Assembly (NCBI RefSeq): GCF_018350175.1
Contig: NC_058374.1
Coordinates: forward strand, 138,818,001-138,882,000
Length of the DNA stretch: 64,000 nt
Direction: 5' to 3'
Source of the DNA: Felis catus
Taxonomy: Eukaryota
Every line of letters begins with the position of its first letter. The stretch's first letter is position 1. The position numbers and the translations under genes were made by a program. The notes beneath the pieces were generated by a model. It had not been told where the DNA came from and did no database searches. It saw nothing but the letters and a program-made list of their open reading frames with translations. Shown here piece by piece: positions 46,452 through 59,409 of this stretch.

Positions 46452-46574
46452 TCAGCTTCTCCAGCAGCTCCCGCAGCGTCTGCAGCCACAGGTGACACAG
46501 CGGCTCCTCAGCACAGCAGAAGGTCACCTGCGCCCACCTCCAGCGGTGACGTCGGGCCCTCTTCACGCAGTGCA
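46452..46574 (-). CDS. CERK: CERK exon 3 (123 nt; VHCVKRARRHRWRWAQVTFCCAEEPLCHLWLQTLRELLEKL)
   Basis: ccgcag| and |gtgcgt. Confidence 0.95.
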
Positions 46575-46899
46575 CTGCGGAGACAGACAGCGCGGCGGGT
46601 CGGCGGGTCACGGAGCACAGCCTCGCGCCCCACGGGCAGCCTCGCAGCCTGGCAGGGTCCCCGTGCCGCCCCCGCCTTCCGGCCTACGTCTCAGTTCTCC
46701 TCGCTCATGTTAAAAAGCAAAGAAAGTCAAAGCTGATCGAAACATTAATCAAAAGGAGATCTTGGGAAAAACTGCATAAGGCAGTCTCTGCGAGATAAAG
46801 CAAGGAAACACTGAATTTGTCGAGCAAGCGACGAAACCACGGCCTTTTGGGGCATCTGCGCGCAGTCCCCGGAGACGCGGGACGGATTCGCTCCATCAC

Positions 46900-47013
46900 C
46901 TGTGAAAGCGAAGGGCTTCTCCATCTTCTGCCATTTTCCGCGGCCGTAGTGCCTGCCGTGGATGTCCGTTTCTTCGACGGTGATGATCTCAGAGACGGGC
47001 ACAGAGCAGGCAT
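46900..47013 (-). CDS. CERK: CERK exon 2 (114 nt; DACSVPVSEIITVEETDIHGRHYGRGKWQKMEKPFAFT)
   Basis: tttccag| and |gtgatg on minus strand. Confidence 0.95.
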
Positions 47014-49456
47014 CTGGAAAGACCACAGCCTCACGTCAGACGACTGCACAGAATTCACACAAACACAGAAGTCCAACCCGAAATGCTGGGAACGCTCTGC
47101 TTTCACATTCTCGTTAGAAATCCAGAAGTAAAGACAAGAATCGTATTGTAGGTTTTGAATCGGCGCTAACTGCGGGGGGGGCGACGTTACCAGAGGGTGG
47201 GGTGGTTCACCCAACAGAATGGAGACCGCCAGCTTTCCCAATGATTTGCTCCGCTGCCTTCCCCGGCTGGAGACTGTGCTCAACTCGGGAAGAGAGTCTC
47301 GAGACACAGTGTCCTTAGTCTGGCTCAGAGGTCCAAGCAGGGAGGAAGCACACGGCAGGAGCCAGGACACCGGGGGTGCCTAGAGGGTGAGGGCCCCCGG
47401 GAAGCCGAGGCGGGGGGAGGGTGGGGGCTCTGGAAAGGCCTGGGGGGTCCAACCGGGTGCGGGAGGGGGACCCCTGGGTGGGCCTGCAGAGGACAACGGC
47501 GGATGCTGTCCACCGTGGGAAACCCGGGGAGAGGCCGCCTCCAGGTAAAGGGCCCAGGAAAGCCGACATGAACACAGCAGTGGCGGGGGGGGGGGGCAGG
47601 CGGTAACAGAAAGCAGAGCCTGGGACACTGGGAGGCCAAGGCCCAGGACAGCAGGCCCTGGTTCTGGAAGCTCCTCCGTGAACTGCTGTTAAGATTTACC
47701 AACAAGAACGTTACCATCTGCGCTTTGGTCCCAGCGTGGCTATGAGACCCGCAATCTAGCCGAAGCGCTGTAATTTCTGCAACAGCCATGTGGGCGGCGC
47801 TGCTCTGACACCCCAGGACCTTTACATCGTTGTGAAGTCCTTGCCCTCAGGGATCGGGGTGTAAGACCAGGGAAGGCAGCATCTGGATGGGCTTGGGCCC
47901 CTTGAGAAGCCTTGGGGGGCTGGCAGGGCCGGTCCCCAGTGGGGTCAGAGTGCCCAGGACCACGGGGAAGGGACACTCTTGCAGAGGAACCAGGGCCTCA
48001 GAGGGCGGCGTGGGCTCAAGGTGTCCACCAGGCCCCGCTCCCGGACACGGGGGGTGAGTGGGGTGCAGCTCAGGGCGCAGCCCTCAGCGACACCTGTCGC
48101 CCCGGCCTCCCTGCAGGGCACCCTGCGTTCACCCTGCCTTGGCCGGAAGCCGTGGCTCTCTCCTCCCCACTCCCCCCTGCCCCCGCTGCGGTCGGCGTCT
48201 GCTCAGGGCAGGGCAACACCTCCCTGCTCATCCCGCAGCCTGCCCCTCCACGTCCTCCTGCCTTCCAGCCCCGCCCCGCCCGGCACCGGGCACCCATCTC
48301 CCACGACAGGAGTGTCTGGGGTCCAGCTCTGCACGGGGGACAGGCCGGGCCCACGCAAGGAGGAGTCGGGGGCTCACCACTCACGACCGAACGCTCACAC
48401 GGCGGTCTTCTGAGACCACTGAGAACAAACATCAGGACCTCCCCACCCCCGCACAGTCACTGCGCTTAGGCCCGTCTGGTAAGAAACGGCAGAGAGGAAA
48501 CTATACGAAGCCAAGTGCGCACAGTAATTCGGAGTAACGCGCTTCTTGACGTTCGAACAAACGGCTGACCGACTTAAGAAACTGCACAACAGATGAGGAC
48601 AACAGTCATGTCATGCTGGTAAATTAGTAAAAGTTACAAATGACTCACGGGAGAACCCACTGAAAGGAGTCTACACGTTAATAATTCCTAATCCTGCTGG
48701 ATTGGTTTCACAGACCCGGGGGACCACAGGAGGGCGGGCAAGATGTCGCAAACGCCACCACGCGCTCAGCTGCACCGGCCTCTGGAGTCCCGCAGGCAGG
48801 GTCACGAGCCCGCTATGCCCCACGCACCAATGACAGGACCTCGGCTCTGACGACCCCCATGGGCACCACGTACGGTCCCCGCCGCAGGCCCCACCCTGCC
48901 CTCCTACAGTGTGCAGGGGAGACGACAGAGGGCACACCGTGCTGACGTCGGGGCCGATGTGCAGAGCAGGGGTGCCCAGGGCAGGGCTCAGGGTCTGAAC
49001 AGACACTGGAATGGGGCCAGGACACGCAACTCAGAAGGTGGCCTGGGAGAGAAGCAGGAGCCGAGGGGGAGGGGAGGGGAGGGACGGAGGGATGCACAGA
49101 GGGACAGGGAGCTTGTGCCTCCGAGGCTGGTGGGGCTCTCACTCAGGTGCGCTGGAGCTCAGAGGGCTCTGAGCAAAGGGAGACCTGGTCTGACGTGGGT
49201 CTGCTCCTGGGTAACTGAAATGTGGGGGAAAGGCCAAGGGACAGGACACAAGGGAGCCTTTGGGACGAACCCCCGTGTCCTCTGTTACGTTAAGCCTAGT
49301 TGCCTGTTCCCTGGGTGAGAACAAGACAGAACTACGAAAGCAGGACCTGCTGTTTTCCCCGAGAATTGTTCTCACACGGAGCACAGAGGAGTAAACAGAA
49401 CCGTCTTCTCCAAAGAGGGACCGAGACCAACGGAGAAGTAAAAATCCCTGTTATCA

Positions 49457-49605
49457 GGGAGCCTGGGCGGCTCAGACCGTTGAGCATCCGACTTCAGCTC
49501 AGGTCATGATGTCACAGTTCATGAGTTCAAGCTCTGCATCGGGCTCGCTGCTGTCAGCATGGAGTCTGCTTGGGATCCTCTGTCCCCCTCTCTCTGCCCC
49601 TCCCC

Positions 49606-49636
<31 letters not shown>

Positions 49637-49672
49637 AAAACTAAATAACATGTTAAAAAACAAAACCAAACC
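49457..49672 (+). mobile_element. CAN-SINE
   Basis: Head, (CT)n, tail. Confidence 0.92.
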
Positions 49673-50905
49673 AAACCCCGTTGTCTGCACACTTCACTGA
49701 GGATTGTCAGGAACAGAGTACTGGGTCTGGCCTAGAGGATGCTCCTCGTGGGAACCCAGGAAGTAGGGCGTGGTGGCCGTGGCCGTGGCCCCGGAGGGCG
49801 GGCTCTGCCTGGCTACCCGGCCCTGCCAGTAACCACGTTAAGCTGGTGGCATTTCACGACCGTACGTGAGGACAGCATCGGACCCCTAGGGATTTAGGAG
49901 GTTAAATAAGATCAGGGGTGAGAAGGGTCCTTTCTGGCAGAGACACAAAGGTGGGGGCTCCCGTCCCCTCCTCTGTGCTCAGCTGAGACCTGCACTGAAA
50001 CGCCCTCAACACAGTGGCCCCTGTTTCTTTTCTAGCTCGACGCACAGGTGTGAACCATGGGCCGGAGGCTCTGTTCTTTAAAACTTTCATCTCTAGTTAG
50101 GAGGCGAAGGACTCCATCAAGAGTCTGAGAAAACGGACAGCACGTCCCTGCAGGACACAGAAAACGTCACCTGGCTTCCGTCCGTCTCCTCCGAGGTCAG
50201 TCCCTGGGGGCAGCAGGGGGACCACCGTGGTCCTCCGAGGGCAAAATGCCTCCACGTGCTGGCCCAGCGGGGCATCCAGGCCCAAGCGTGTGTCGCACGA
50301 ACACGCAAAGCGCGGGCAGGAACAACAATAAATTGGCACACGGGTAACACCTGGAAGAACGTCTTGCAAAGCTTAATGGGAATTTGGGGCACTTGTCATT
50401 TTCCACATGATGCTACCATCTCTCCAACGTTTACTTGCGCTTTGCAGACTCTCCCGCTGCCTGTGAGACTAGCGAGAAAAGAATGCGCCTCTGTAAGAGA
50501 GTGTGCAGCAAGATGAGGCGACAGGCAGGATGAGAGCCCGGCCAGACTGGACCTGGCTGGTGGCCAAGTCGCTGTGCAGCAACGTCCCCGTCAGGACTCA
50601 CGAGACAAAGACTCGGGGGCCCAGGGCACATGCTGGCTCGTCCCACAGCCTGGCCTGCCCCCTGCGGCGGCCCCCCCATCAGGGACAGTAGTCCCGCCTG
50701 ACCCGGACCAGGATGTGCACTTTCCTCGCTGACTCACCAAGCATTTTCTGGGTGGAATCACCCTCAGGGTCTTACCCCTCATCACTGAGTTCTTCGAGCT
50801 GATCGTGGCCCTGTCTGCAGAGGAAGCAGTGGCCGAGGGTCAAGGGAGTCACGTTTCGCTTTACAAAAGTAACATCCTGACGCCTCCTTTTAAAAACTTT
50901 TGAAT

Positions 50906-51066
50906 GGGGCTGCCTGAGTGGCTCAGCTGGTTAAACGTCTGACTTCGGCTCAGGTCATAACCTCACGGTTTGTGAGTTCCAGCCCCGCGTCAGGCTCTGC
51001 ACTGTCAGTGCTGATCCGGCTTTAAATTTTTTCTCTCCTTGTCTCTCTGCCCCTCCCCTGCTCGTG

Positions 51067-51112
<46 letters not shown>

Positions 51113-51141
51113 AATAAATGAATAAACTAAAACAAACAACA
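50906..51141 (+). mobile_element. CAN-SINE with long (CT)n
   Basis: TSD aaaa(a/g)cttttga(a/g)tg. Confidence 0.93.
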
Positions 51142-51229
51142 AAAAGCTTTTGAGTGAAACATGCTTTTGGGATAGACAGGTATCTCCAAAGGACTAGAAG
51201 ATTCTGGAAGCCACAAAACTTCCCCAGAC

Positions 51230-51370
51230 CAGGGCTTCTCATGGGCTGTCCTGGGCTGGACCTGAGCAGCATCCCTGGGCTCTACCCAGGAATACCAGGG
51301 GTGCCCCCAACATTGCCAGACATGAGTCAGTGTCTCCTGGGGGCACCATCACCCGACAGGGAACCAGTGC
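51230..51370. mobile_element. MER20-like hAT fragment
   Basis: agcagcatccctgggctctaccca..ccagacat..cctggggg..gaaccagtg resembles MER20. Confidence 0.7.
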
Positions 51371-52580
51371 CTTGGGGCATCAATGCGCTTAGCAACCTGT
51401 TCTTTAAACAGAAATACAGGAGGGGACAAGGGCCGGTGTTGGGAGCACAGGGGAAAGGCGGGGGCCGCTGAGCGCTCTCCTACATCACAGACCCTCGTGG
51501 GGTCTCAAGTACGTGTGCGTGTGTACGGCCCAGGGGAGCCTCACACACAACCTTCCAAGCCTAAACCTATCTTCTCTACTGTGCTGCCCCTTTCCAGAAA
51601 CGTCCTTCCCTGCTGTGTCCCCAAGTCGGTGAAGAGTGCCCCATGCTTGTGCTCACCTGCCCAGCCATCCAGGACCCCTTGTCTCACTTCCTCTCTGCCC
51701 CGGGGTGGCTCCCTGCCTGGCCCCTCAGGCCCCCGAGGGCGCGTAGACGCAAATGTGGCCGCGGCACCGCCCCGTCTGAATCTTCGCGAGCTTCTCCCAC
51801 CAGGTCAGGACCGTGTTCAGACATCCTGCTGCTCACCGTGCAGGTTCATGCAACACCCTGGGCCGGGGGTGCGGCTGTCGGGGCCCCTCCACCGTCCGCC
51901 TTCCTGGCAAAGCCCGCTCCCCGCACCCTGCCTCCGGTCCCGGCGTCCGCACGAGGCCGAGGCAGCACATACGCAGAACTGGAAATGAGCACAGATCCTC
52001 CGACAGGAGCCGGAGATTTTCATCCAGAGCTCAGCCGAACCCTAAAGGGGCCGTGCAGAGACCCCACGGCGTCACGGGTCTGCTTTACAAGGCCTCTGCT
52101 GGGCTAACTCACGACACCGAGATGGTCTCTTCCTTGGTGACGCTTACAAATGCCTGAGATGGGAAAGGAAGTCCACCTGGGTGGGCACCGCCCTCTAACA
52201 GGACTGGAGCCAAAGCTGTGACCCAGCCGGGCTGATGGGCACACGGGTCCTCCGCACCCTGCTCCCGGTGGACGGCGGGGGGGGGAGGGGGCGGCCACAG
52301 CCACTGACGGGGGCCACGGCATCTCGCGTGTTCAGGTGAGACCACACAGAAATCGGAAGCCGCCTGGGTCCACCGGGAGAGCCGGCACGTCCCGGTTCGG
52401 GGATGGTTCCCACGGCAGGTGCCATGGTGGGGCGGGGGGTGGGGGTCCCCTAACGTGATTAGAGAGAACTGAATGATCAAATGTCCGGGTGCCACCAGAT
52501 ACCTCCTGGCAGCCTGCCAACAGAGCCTGCCTGCCCAATCTTCCGTGGGCTCCCCAGGCCCCGTGGGAACCGTCTCCAGG

Positions 52581-52582
<2 letters not shown>

Positions 52583-52615
<33 letters not shown>
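52583..52615. repeat. (GT)n microsatellite
   Basis: Seen directly. Confidence 0.95.
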
Positions 52616-52618
<3 letters not shown>

Positions 52619-54710
52619 CTGGGGGCAGGGGGACTGGAGGCCACACTGGACACGACGGCCTGCTCACCCCCCGACCTCTGGCCCCGTCTGCCCACTCGCC
52701 ACTCCCCAGGGACGCTGGGCTGGCACACGGACACACGATTTGTTCTGTGGACACGCTGTGGCTTTAGTCACTTGGTCCCGCCAGCCCAGCTCTGTCCCCC
52801 TCAATTGCCCTAAACCTTCCCCAGGCCTCCTGACCTTGCCTAACCTCACACCCTCTTGCTTCAGACGGTAACAGAATGTTCCACAAAACCATCCAGAAAA
52901 CCTACCCACTCATGATGGCTTGGACATAACTTCCACGAAAATATTTCCCTGTCTCCTCAAACTGAATTTCCCAAGAATACATTGTTACGCCGCCAGACAA
53001 AAAAAAAAGTTTCAAACAAAGGAGGCGCTGTCCCAGGGGCACGCTGAGCTGGAACCCGCATCTATGTCACAGACGCGTCCTGGGGACACCTGACCTCAGT
53101 GCCCCAAAGCAGCAACTCAAAAGCTGGCATTCGAAAAGGCGTTTCCAACCTGCCAGATGAGTCAGTGATGCTCCCAGAACCTGTATTCCGTCACGGGCTC
53201 ACGGGCGTGGCCCAATCCACATCCTGAGTCGGCGTGAAACATTTCAGAAAGAAACTTGCATCGGGCCGGCAGACAGAACACTCGCCACACAACCTGACAT
53301 GCGGTCGGCAGCCGGCTCATTCCAGACGCCTGCACCTGTCGCTTCCCCGAGGCAGGGGCTCTGCGTCCGCGCGCCCTGTGGGGAACACTGGAAACCAGCC
53401 CCCTGGCTGTCCGTCCTGGTGCCAACATGGTTTCAGTTATGTCTGCTCTCGAGAAGGCTGGATTTGGATCCCAACAGAAACAGACTGTTTTATTACCCTC
53501 TACAGATACTGCAAATTTTGAGAAACAGACGTTCCAGTAAAGTTGATCATAAACAGAGAACTAAAGAGATGCTATTTATTAATGACAACAGACTCTCTCT
53601 CCACGGAACGGCACATGTCACTTCCGCAGGGAGAGCACTTGCAGAGAGAAAAGTCCAAGGACAGAAAGAGCCATTTGTGTTCGAAGAGTAAAGTGGAGAG
53701 ATGTGGGTGACGGGTCATTAAACCCAGACGGTCACTGCGAGTTTGTGGGCAAAGGGACCCAGGGCAGCGCCGGCTTTGAGGGATCAGCAGAAGAAATACC
53801 AGCCATAGGAAATCACGATGTGATGGAAACACACGGGTTTTGCTACAAGTGTTTTCTTCGTTGCGTCCTCCCCCACCCGGGATGCGAAACCGCCAATCGG
53901 CACAGTGTCCTCCGAAGGTGTGCGACCAAGGTCTAGTTTGGCAACACGCTGCTAATGCTTAGAAGTGAAATGTCAAGTCAACTTGCATCGACTTTTGCAA
54001 GGCTGTCAAAACTGAGCAAGTTCAAAATAAAGGAAAATACAGAAGACGCACGTTTTCAACCAGATTAGAAAGAGAAAACCATATGTTTTGAATACATATT
54101 TGATATTTTTATTCTATGCCATTAAACATCTTATACACCGATCTCGGGATAGGACACTCACTCTACCCTCTTCTTCACTGATGATGAATTCTACCACTTG
54201 CCCAACATGACAAATTCCAAAGTAACACAGAATGAACTTATGAGGTTGCCCTGGAGTGGGGAACACTTAACCAGCGTGCTGGGGAGATACACACACCCAC
54301 CACGAACACGACTACCCGCCTCACCCAGGGTTTCCCACTTCAGCCTAATCGCCTCCCCCGCGAGGCCCCCTCCCTTGTCCGCACACACACCCTGCCCGAG
54401 ATCGCTGTGCACACACATCCACGCATGTACGCGGTCATCTCTCTGCCACACTGCCAGGTCACAACTCCCGAAGGACGAGCCTGCCGATGTGCCCCAACGG
54501 GTCCCCCCTCACGGGGGCCTGGCGCTGTCTCGCTGTGGGACGCGGACGCACTGGCTCTAGGCCGGGGGCCTGGTAACACGGCAGTGAGCCTGGTGGTTTG
54601 CGAGTGCAGTTGTGTGCTTAACGGGCACGTGTGTAAAATCCCCACAACAACTCAAAGGGTAAATACGGTCCTTGCTTTTCAGACGACTCAGCAGGAGGCC
54701 TCGCCCAGGA

Positions 54711-54771
54711 CCCTAACCCTAACCCTGACCCCAACCCCTAACCCCTAACCCCTAACCCTAACCCTAACCCT
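54711..54771. repeat. Short interstitial telomeric sequence (CCCTAA)n with variants
   Basis: CCCTAA x2, CCCTGA, CCCCAA, CCCCTAA x3, CCCTAA x2, CCCT. Confidence 0.9.
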
Positions 54772-55806
54772 TGTCCTGGTCACAGACGGTGAGCAGCAGG
54801 CCCGGGACAAGCCATCGAAACGCTGGCCTCTGAGCCAGCCCTGCCTGCCCGCGCCGGGTCCCGAAGGGCCCCCACCTCAACCCCTGGGCCTGACCCAGGC
54901 CACGAGGGGTGCAGGTGAACAGCCACAAACCACTCAGAAGTCGGCGAGGCGGCTTCTTGTTAAACAATAACTTAGCAGCCAAGTACAGCAACCTGTGTTT
55001 GCGCCTTTAATTCTGAAGGACTAACGCTTCATTTATAAGAACGTCCTTATAAATACTACACTAGGGTAGGTCATTTTGTTAGGCTTTGCACATTTCATAA
55101 ATAATCCGTCTCCTCAGCTCCTGTGACCCAGAACCTACTGGCTGCCACAAGTCCCCCCACTCGCCCTGTCAGCCCTCGGCCGGACTCCGACGCCCAGCCT
55201 CGTGCGTTCAGTCCATCGTGACATCTTCTAATAATAAAAAAGCAATTCACCTCAAGGGCCACTGGTACTGGCTCAAATATTACAATGATTACAAACTGAA
55301 AAAAATGTTCTCACGCAATAAAGTCCTTTCCCAAAATGGCCTGAAATGTTGCAACCAAATCCCGGCTGAAAGTCTGGGCGCTTTGCCGATGGCGGACGTG
55401 ATTCCTCTGTGCCTCCCTTCACGGGGAGGGTGGCTGTGTGCTGACTGGCAGTTAACCCTCCCTTAAGGGTGATGAGCGAATGGCCACCACATTCCCAAAG
55501 CGTCACAAGCGATGCCCGGGGGACAGCCAGCCCTGTGGCATCCTGGCAGGGCCCCCAGGGACAGCCGACAGGGCTCTACCCTCTGTGATCTCCCCTGCCA
55601 GGTCCGTTCTGTCTGTTCCACGGTGCTCATCGCAACCCGCTCGACTGGATTCGCTCCACAGTCACGACCCCGAGGAGACCCCGTGCCTGCTGTCCATCAA
55701 GTTCCCGTCCCAAGTTCCCGGACGAAACTGAGCCCACACAGCAGCCTCGCACCCAACAGGAGGGGGACTTCGTGTGTGTCACGAGGGTGGCCCATGTGTG
55801 TGAATG

Positions 55807-55828
55807 CACACACACACACACACACACA
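55807..55828. repeat. (CA)n microsatellite
   Basis: Seen directly. Confidence 0.9.
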
Positions 55829-57539
55829 GATGGGGCAGGGTCGTGCTGGTTGGAGCGTCCCACTCAGTAGGGTTCCCGCAGACCCCCAGGAGGCCAACGA
55901 GGGGCCAGGACAAAAGCAAGTTCACGATCAAGGGCATAGCTGTGCTCCCCAGCCCCATGTCTCACACCAGGCCCCTCGCAGGAGGCCGCAGGCGGACAGG
56001 CCAGAGCAAGCCACTGCACCTGCTCTCGGCACCCAGGGAGCGGCCTGCCATCCCGGGTCAAAGTCTGAACCTGCCTGCGCTTGGGAGGGAGGCAGGTGGT
56101 GGTGAGGCCCAGGGGAAGAGTCACGGCCCATGAGCCCCCGTGCGCCCACCCCGGGGAGCCCGAGCAACGGGGGCCGCCCCGGGGACCGGGGCCCAGACGT
56201 CTGGGCAGGCCGCACCCGTGCCGATTCCGTGCTTGGTTGTGCACGACGTGAACACGCTTCCTTGTGACACCCACTCGGCACACGTTTGCTGAAGGAACCT
56301 GAGCTCCAGGACGGGGCGTCCGCCCACAGCTGCCATGGGGACCCAAGAATACCACGTGGACGAGTGGTCACTCTGTCCCTGGCCCTCCTGCTGCCACATC
56401 CGGGCCCGCACGCTCTCTCCGACTGCTCCACGTGTCCTGTCCCTGCACGGCTCTTCCAGACAGCGCGGTGCTCCCTGCGGGCGGAGGGTGAACGACGCTC
56501 CACCGGGGCAAAGACCGGCCTTCCTGGGAGTCTGCGGGAGTGGGGACAGCGGCTTTCCCGGTGCCCTGTGTGCTGGCGCCTCGGGACATCCCTCAACGTC
56601 TGCTTCGGTCTGACAACGGCGGCGGGAAAGCGCCTGCTGGCACCTCCAGATAACTCGCACCCAGGGTCACTCCGTGTCGCAGCATCTGGGGAAACGGCGT
56701 CTCGGGTGGGCCTCTAACCGAAGGGCCCTGCAGCGACCGGGCGTGGCCACCCAGAGCCAGAAGACAGCGTGCGGGTGTGACGGGGAGGAAGGGCACAGTC
56801 ACACGGAGGCCCCTGGGGAGGCAGGCCCAGATGGTTTTGCAGAGCACGGCCGCCTGCCAGCTCCGGCCCGCGGGAGCACTCCAGCGCGTGACCCTCCATG
56901 ACCGCCTGGGGTGGGCACGATTACTGTCCCCGCTGGGCAGACGGGCAACGAAGAAGCAGCAGGGAGTGACCTGCTGGTGTGACCGCACGACCACGGACCC
57001 AGAGGCCTGGCTGCGAGGCTACGGACACGGCCTGGGTCCCCGGGTACCTCCGGGGGCTCTGCCCCCACCGCGGTCACCCTCCCCCCCATTCGGCACCTGC
57101 CCTCGGCACCTCTGCAAGGCTCCTCCTGACCACAGGCTGTCCCCCGGTCCTGCGTGGCGTCACCGGCAGCTGCGCATCAGCTCAGAGCAGGGAGAGGACA
57201 GGCTTACGTGGCCTCCACGGAAGAGCGGAACGTGGATTTCTAATGGGGACAAAAAGCACGCGGAGGAAATACAGAAATGCGATCGGTTTCCAACCTCTCT
57301 GTGAGCGTCACAGGGCATCTCCCGCAGCATACGTGTCAAGGAGGAGATTTTCCACCACGACCTCGCCAGCGTGGACAAGCTGTGCCCTGCCCAGGGGAGG
57401 CTGGAGGGAGGTACAGGGGACAGACGGACGGACACTGTGTGAGCACCTACTGCGTGCCTGCATGTGCGGGCCCTGTGGGACCCAAGGGCCCGCTCACTGC
57501 ACACAAGGAGAGGCCGGAAGTTTCGATCTTTACGTGATA

Positions 57540-57586
57540 GCGACCTGAGTCAAAGTCAGACGTTCAACCGACAGCCAGGCACCCCC
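57540..57586 (-). mobile_element. CAN-SINE head fragment
   Basis: gacctgagtcaaagtcagacgttcaaccgac..ccaggcacccc. Confidence 0.75.
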
Positions 57587-59199
57587 AGAGTGTATCTGGG
57601 GACACATCGTGACTAAACAGAGTCCGTCCCCCGTTGAACCCACCCTAACCTAGTCCCAGGACCCAGCCTGGGGGGTCACGGTCTGCCTGCACCACGCACA
57701 TGCAGGGACCCTGTCTGTCCACCCCTGTGGCACCCAGCAGACGCCTGTGGATGCTCGCAGAGGAACCCTCCCTGACAGTCTCCAGCTTCCTCCCGACCCC
57801 ACCACCCTCCTCACCCTCTTCTGACCCGAAGCCGAGCCCGCCTCCCGCACACAGCTTTCCCACGCCAGCCAGCCCACAGCACACCATCCCCAGAGGGACT
57901 GAGTGAGCCCCCGAGGGTTCTGGCCCTGGCTCTTCCCCACCCTGCGACCTGGGCCCCGTCCACACCTGTGCGGCCTCTACACTCCTCAGACCCTGGGCAA
58001 CCCTGGGTGAGCGTCCCCATCCTGTGACCAAAGGACCGAAGCCGCAGGGCCCGGCAGCAGCTGCCCCCCGAGGACCCGGCAGATTTCCGCTCCAAGCACC
58101 TGCCGTGTCCGACCCCACCGGCTACAGAGGCCAGTTGGGGCCCCAACCCCGGGATCCACACCCTCGCAGGTGGCTGTCTCTGCAACGGGGACAATAGTGA
58201 GATCACCCCGAGGGCTGTGGGGAGGGTTTCGCGAGGCACGGAGCAGCATGAAGGCTCCCAGTCCTGGAGGGGTGGGGGAGGCCCACAACCCGTCTCTCTG
58301 TCTCCCACAGATCAGGACTAGGAGCTGGGGACAAGACGGGAGAAAGACAACTCACTGAGAACTCCAAGGGCAAAAGGCCAGAGAAGCCGCCCCTGGAGAG
58401 CGAGCGGTGTGGGCGGGAGTCTCCCTCTCCTCCTGGTCTCCAGCTGCATGTGGACAGCATGACACCTGTCCGCCTGGGCACAGGAGCCCAAGCAGGGCAG
58501 AGGAGAGGGCTGGGGAGGGTGTCCTGGCTCTGGGTGTGAACAGACACACGCCTGGCTGCTCAGGTGCGGAACAGTCAGGAAGCACGGACGCGCCGTGGGA
58601 CCCAAGCTGCCACACACCCCAGCACCGGGCCCCAGCCTCCCCCGTGTGATAAACGTCAGCGCGGCTCCCCAGCAGGATGGCAAAGGCCTCGAGTGCCGGA
58701 CTGACGCAGAAACCCCTCCCACCGTATCAGACGCACTGGGCATCCAAGCCCAACATCGCCGAGCACCCGTTCAAGAAAATTCTCCGAAGGATTTTAACAG
58801 GACTCACGGTCCTACAACAGGATATTGAAATGTCTGGAATACAGATTAATCAACACACCAAGAACCAGGAAATGCCGACATTCTCCAGGGAGGAGACAAG
58901 GCATGCCCAAGCTGAGGTGGCCTGGATGCTGGAGGTCGGGTAATGACTCTCAACTTGCCCTTGTGACCCTGCTCAGTGAGGTACAGCTGAGATGATCGGA
59001 GAGACAGCAGTACTCGGGAGAGAAAAAGAAACCACCTAAAGGAAACAAATGGAGAATATAGCATTAAAGTACAGTATCTGAAATAAAAAGTCCACTGACG
59101 GGCTCAGTAACCAAATGATTACGATACAGCAAAGTCAGGGGAGTTGAAAATAGGTCAGTAGGAATAATGCATTCTAAAGAACAGAGAGAAAAAGTATTT

Positions 59200-59409
59200 T
59201 TTAAAAACTTTATTTATTTTGAGAGAGAGAGAGAGAGAGAGAGAATAAGCAGGGGAGAGGGGCAGAGAGAGGGGGGGAGAGAATCCCAAGCAGGCTCTGC
59301 ACCATCAGCATGGAGCTTGACATGGGGCTCAAACTCATGGCCCTGGGATCATGACCTGAGCCAAAACCAAGAGTCGGACACTCAACCGACTGAGCCACCC
59401 AGGCGCCCC
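59200..59409 (-). mobile_element. CAN-SINE
   Basis: TSD agaaaaagtattt. Confidence 0.94.

Larger units (their letters stand above)
22390..47013 (-). other. CERK: CERK (ceramide kinase) gene, exons 2-13 plus 3'UTR; exon 1 beyond 64000
   Basis: Spliced minus-strand exons encode a PH domain, DGK-type catalytic motifs (FINPFGGKG, CVGGDG, GIIPAGSTD) and the CERK CxxxCxxC motif (CRAGCFVC). Phases are consistent. The 3' end position is approximate. Confidence 0.97.
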
